Below are positions 34,455 through 37,355 of a stretch of 37,355 nt of DNA, piece by piece. Position 1 is the first letter of the stretch, and every line of letters begins with the position of its first letter. The notes under the pieces were generated by a model. It was given only the letters and a program-made list of their open reading frames with translations. It ran no database searches and had not been told where the DNA came from. This DNA is from an uncultured Actinomycetes bacterium. GTDB taxonomy: Bacteria; Actinomycetota; Actinomycetes; Nanopelagicales; Nanopelagicaceae. The DNA lies in assembly GCA_903842855.1 (NCBI GenBank), contig CAIMNT010000096.1, positions 1 through 37,355 on the forward strand. Direction: 5' to 3'. The translations under genes were made by a program, and so were the position numbers.

Positions 34455-34831
34455 GCCCTGCGAAATTCAGGTTTCGCGCCTACCTGAAGAGAAATTTGGG
34501 ACGAGTGATCTCCGTGATAGGAGAGGAGCGTGGAAATGTGGAGAGCGCTTTGACTCTAATTCCCTTGATGCTGCTCTTTCTGAGCGTGCTACAGGTGTGT
34601 ATCTCGGTGTACAGCAGAGACACTTATAGCCAAATTACACAAGGCGCAGTTGCCTTTGCGGCAATGGGCGATGGAGTATCTCAACCATGGAGCTCAAATC
34701 CGATTGCACTTCCTTTGCCTGGCGGAGGATCGGTATTGGTTGGAGAGCGCAAAGAGAAAGTTCCGGCCATTACTCCGCTATTGCCTGTAGGGGATTTATT
34801 TTACACAACGGGAGTAGCGGTTCAAGAGTGA
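34451..34831 (+). CDS. TadE-like pseudopilin
   Basis: GEERGNVESALTLIPLMLLFLSVL is a TadE-type N-terminus. GTGA overlap with the flp stop. Confidence 0.65.
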   Translation: MSPAKFRFRAYLKRNLGRVISVIGEERGNVESALTLIPLMLLFLSVLQVCISVYSRDTYSQITQGAVAFAAMGDGVSQPWSSNPIALPLPGGGSVLVGERKEKVPAITPLLPVGDLFYTTGVAVQE

Positions 34832-34872
34832 GATTGTGCCGAAGTTCAAAATCTCCCCTCACTCGAGGTCGG

Positions 34873-35325
34873 ATGGGTCATCTCCGCAATAGCTTAATTA
34901 GTGATCAAGAAGGAAGCGCCGTGATTGAATTTGTGGTCTTGGCACTCCCACTACTTTTACCCCTCACCGTTTATCTCAATGAAGTCCACCAAAATTCCAT
35001 TATTAACTCCGACCTCCATAATTTAGCTCGTCAAAGTGCCCGTGCATTTGTCACAAGTGGCGATGAAAGTTTTGAAGCAGCTCGTATGCAGACGTTACTC
35101 AATCTCTTTGAAAGTAAAATCCTGAAACCGGCAGGTATTACAGAGACCCCTGTACTCAATATTGAATGTTCTGCCGTTCCGTGTTTAACGCCGGATGCTC
35201 AAGTTAAGGTAACTGCAACCATTACCCACCTTCATAAAAATTTCTCGGGAATCTTCAGATTCATCTTCGCACCATCCCTAGAGTTTTCGGCGAGCGACAC
35301 TCAAATCGTGGACGCCTGGAGATGA
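34873..35325 (+). CDS. TadE-like pseudopilin (second copy)
   Basis: DQEGSAVIEFVVLALPLLLPL is a canonical TadE N-terminal motif. The track ORF (34687) is over-extended into the previous gene. The start is either ATG 34873 or GTG 34828 (a GTGA overlap). Confidence 0.65.
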   Translation: MGHLRNSLISDQEGSAVIEFVVLALPLLLPLTVYLNEVHQNSIINSDLHNLARQSARAFVTSGDESFEAARMQTLLNLFESKILKPAGITETPVLNIECSAVPCLTPDAQVKVTATITHLHKNFSGIFRFIFAPSLEFSASDTQIVDAWR

Positions 35326-35816
35326 TTCGATCGCAGGTGAGGCAATTGCTGCGTGACGAGACGGGCAGCCTTTCGATACTTGTCTTCGCTCTGTTTTTCG
35401 TTCTATTGATATCTTCACTCGGAGTCGTTGATATCTCCGATAATTTCCTCGCCAAACGTCAACTCATTGAAATAGGCGAGGTAGCCATATCTCAGGCTGC
35501 GCACCAAATCTCACTCTCACGCTACTACTCCGGAAATGTCTTAATGGATACATCTGGCGCAGATGGAGCTCAATTTAGAATTCCATTGGATTGCACTAAG
35601 TCCTTCGCAATATTTTCAGAAAAGATCTCTATTTCGCAGTTGAGGGGCGAACGGATAACGATCGACGATTGGAGCTGCGCTAACGATGAGGTGAATGCAA
35701 CTATCTCAGCCCGAATTCCGATTTTATTGAAATTACCGTTAGGCATTGGAACCGATGGAACAACCATCTCTTCTACCGTGGCCGCTACCTCGATTATTGG
35801 TGGGGTGCGACCCTGA
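35322..35816 (+). CDS. Rv3654c-type TadE/TadG-like pilus-associated protein
   Basis: N-terminal RDETGSLSILVFALFFVLLISSLGVV. ATGA overlap with the preceding gene. It is the last gene of the tad operon. Confidence 0.55.
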   Translation: MIRSQVRQLLRDETGSLSILVFALFFVLLISSLGVVDISDNFLAKRQLIEIGEVAISQAAHQISLSRYYSGNVLMDTSGADGAQFRIPLDCTKSFAIFSEKISISQLRGERITIDDWSCANDEVNATISARIPILLKLPLGIGTDGTTISSTVAATSIIGGVRP

Positions 35817-35861
35817 AATGTGCTTCAAATACCGCCCCAGAAAAACCATTACTCTTTGCCT

Positions 35862-36977
35862 ATGGCCGCGCGCGAGTACTTACAAGAGGTAAAGGCCCTG
35901 GACTCCACCTTGGTGAGTATTGAAAAGGTCCTTGATCTGCCTAAATTGCAGGCCGATGCCCTCTCTTTAGAGGCAGAGGCTAGCGCCCCGGATCTATGGA
36001 ATGACCCCGAGAAAGCGCAGGTAGTCACGAGCAAACTATCTCGAGTGCAATCAACCCTCAATCGAATTACGACAATTCGGCGTCGTTTAGAGGATGTTCC
36101 TCTTCTACTTGAACTCGCCGAAGAGGATAAAGATCAGAAAGCGTTGGCCGATGCGGGCCAAGAGCTCGACGATGTTACCCGCGCAATCGGTGAGCTTGAA
36201 GTACAGACTCTCCTGAGTGGGCAATACGATGAACGAGATGCCCTGATGACAATTCGCTCCGAGGCTGGAGGAGTGGAAGCCGCCGATTGGGCAGAGATGC
36301 TCAGTCGAATGTACTTCCGTTATTGCGAGCGAAACTCTTACAAGGTCGATGTACTTGAGACCTCGTATGCAGAAGAGGCCGGCATCAAATCCACCACCTT
36401 TAGAATCAGCGCTCCCTATGCATATGGCAAACTCTCGGTTGAGCAGGGCACCCATCGACTTGTTCGAATATCTCCCTTTGACTCCCAAAGTCGGCGCCAC
36501 ACCTCATTTGCTGGAGTAGAAGTCGTGCCTGTGGTTGAGCAATCCGATCACATCGATATTGATGAGAAAGAGATCAGAGTTGATGTATATCGCTCCTCTG
36601 GCCCTGGCGGGCAAGGAGTGAACACCACTGACTCCGCTGTTCGAATCACACACATTCCAACTGGAATTGTGGTCTCTTGCCAAAACGAGCGCTCCCAAAT
36701 CCAAAATAACGCGACCGCTATGGCTGTTCTGCAATCCAAGCTCTTAGAGCGACGTCGCCAAGAAGAGCGCGCCAGGATCGATGCTCTCAAAGGGGACAAC
36801 TCCGGATCATGGGGCAATCAGATGCGCTCGTATGTACTTGCTCCGTACCAGATGGTCAAAGACCTTCGCACAGATTACGAAGTGGGCAATCCAGCGGCAG
36901 TTTTGGACGGGGACCTCGAGGGATTTATTGAAGCCGGGATCCGCTGGAGAATGAGCGGTAATAAAGAGCAAGGCTAG
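35862..36977 (+). CDS. prfB: Peptide chain release factor 2 (single ORF, no programmed frameshift)
   Basis: The SPF tripeptide (RISPFDSQ) and the GGQ motif (SGPGGQGVN) are present. The track start is GTG 35820. ATG 35862 ([10 protein letters not shown]) fits the family N-terminus. Confidence 0.93.
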   Translation: MAAREYLQEVKALDSTLVSIEKVLDLPKLQADALSLEAEASAPDLWNDPEKAQVVTSKLSRVQSTLNRITTIRRRLEDVPLLLELAEEDKDQKALADAGQELDDVTRAIGELEVQTLLSGQYDERDALMTIRSEAGGVEAADWAEMLSRMYFRYCERNSYKVDVLETSYAEEAGIKSTTFRISAPYAYGKLSVEQGTHRLVRISPFDSQSRRHTSFAGVEVVPVVEQSDHIDIDEKEIRVDVYRSSGPGGQGVNTTDSAVRITHIPTGIVVSCQNERSQIQNNATAMAVLQSKLLERRRQEERARIDALKGDNSGSWGNQMRSYVLAPYQMVKDLRTDYEVGNPAAVLDGDLEGFIEAGIRWRMSGNKEQG

Positions 36978-37168
36978 GGGGATCATGCTGGAGGCCATGA
37001 GGCTGGAAGCGATGGGGTTTTTTACTAATGAACCTCGCATCTTCCGAATTGCCCCCTTTATGTACTTTTTCACAGGCATTTGAAGCCCAATCTCCCCGAC
37101 TTCATTGCGCTCGCAAACTAAACTGTTGGAGTAACTTTGCCCCGTCGCCCACCCTCCAGGAGTCTTTA

Positions 37169-37355
37169 GTGATCAAATTTGAGAATGTCACCAAGATTTA
37201 TCCTAAACAGGAGCGAGCGGCGCTTGATCGAGTCGATTTAGAAATCACGAAGGGGGAGTTTGTCTTCCTCGTAGGGCTCTCCGGCTCGGGTAAGTCGACC
37301 TTCCTACGCTTAGTGCTTCGGGAGGAGCAGCCAACCAGCGGCAGCATCATCGTCG
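37169..37355 (+). CDS. ftsE: Cell-division ABC transporter ATP-binding protein FtsE (5' part; runs off the window)
   Basis: Not in the ORF track. Manual translation from GTG 37169 gives VIKFENVTKIYPKQERAALDRVDLEITKGEFVFLVGLSGSGKSTFLRLVLREEQPTSGSIIV (Walker A GLSGSGKST). The prfB-ftsE order is conserved. Confidence 0.85.
   Translation, partial: MIKFENVTKIYPKQERAALDRVDLEITKGEFVFLVGLSGSGKSTFLRLVLREEQPTSGSIIV

Noticed and set aside
35820-35900. A programmed +1 frameshift site in prfB and an N-terminal extension from GTG 35820.
   Set aside because: The RF2 frame is continuous from before the conserved N-terminus to the stop. No in-frame UGA or CUU-UGA-C slippery context is present. The 14-codon extension ([13 protein letters not shown]) looks non-native, so ATG 35862 is preferred.
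36978-37168. A possible rho-independent terminator after prfB (the GGGGTTTTTT run near 37015-37026), and the 90-aa minus-strand ORF 36807-37079.
   Set aside because: I could not find a convincing GC-rich stem preceding the T-run. The minus-strand ORF overlaps the prfB 3' end and has no ribosome-binding site or motifs.

Overview
This is a compact chromosomal segment that looks actinobacterial. The gene order pmt / rsmI-metG-tatD-rsmA-ispE-tRNA(Gln)-glmU-prs-rplY-pth mirrors the mycobacterial Rv1002c-Rv1018c neighbourhood. A pdtaS / whiB1-type pair is also present. Many adjacent genes overlap as ATGA/GTGA start-stop junctions, which fits a streamlined genome; a freshwater acI/Nanopelagicales-like origin is only a guess. 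Three blocks stand out. (1) A Tad/Flp pilus system is split in two: a CpaB-like SAF protein plus a TadZ-like protein at 11.0-12.7 kb, and tadA-tadB-tadC-[repeat]-flp-tadE-tadE-tadG-like at 31.6-35.8 kb. (2) A surface-glycan island at 19.1-27.4 kb carries a WbpA/B/E/D-like set of genes for a UDP-2,3-diacetamido-2,3-dideoxy-glucuronate-type sugar, two glycosyltransferases and a Wzm/Wzt-type ABC exporter. It is flanked by a secreted, very lysine-rich repeat protein. (3) Two lipoprotein genes are transcribed divergently from tadA, and one encodes a His-Me finger (HNH-like) nuclease domain. The most unusual sequence-level feature is a perfect 14-bp tandem array of about 12 copies in two sequence variants. 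It fills the gap between the tadC stop codon and the pilin gene. My best candidate for an undescribed system is the Tad pilus plus the anchored nuclease lipoprotein plus this repeat array, acting as a possible DNA-capture/uptake or phase-variable pilus module. That is inference, not demonstrated. Two genes that run off the window ends (pmt on the left, ftsE on the right) and one 50-codon ORF are absent from the supplied ORF track and were found by manual translation. No CRISPR arrays, transposases, integrases or rRNA genes were seen.
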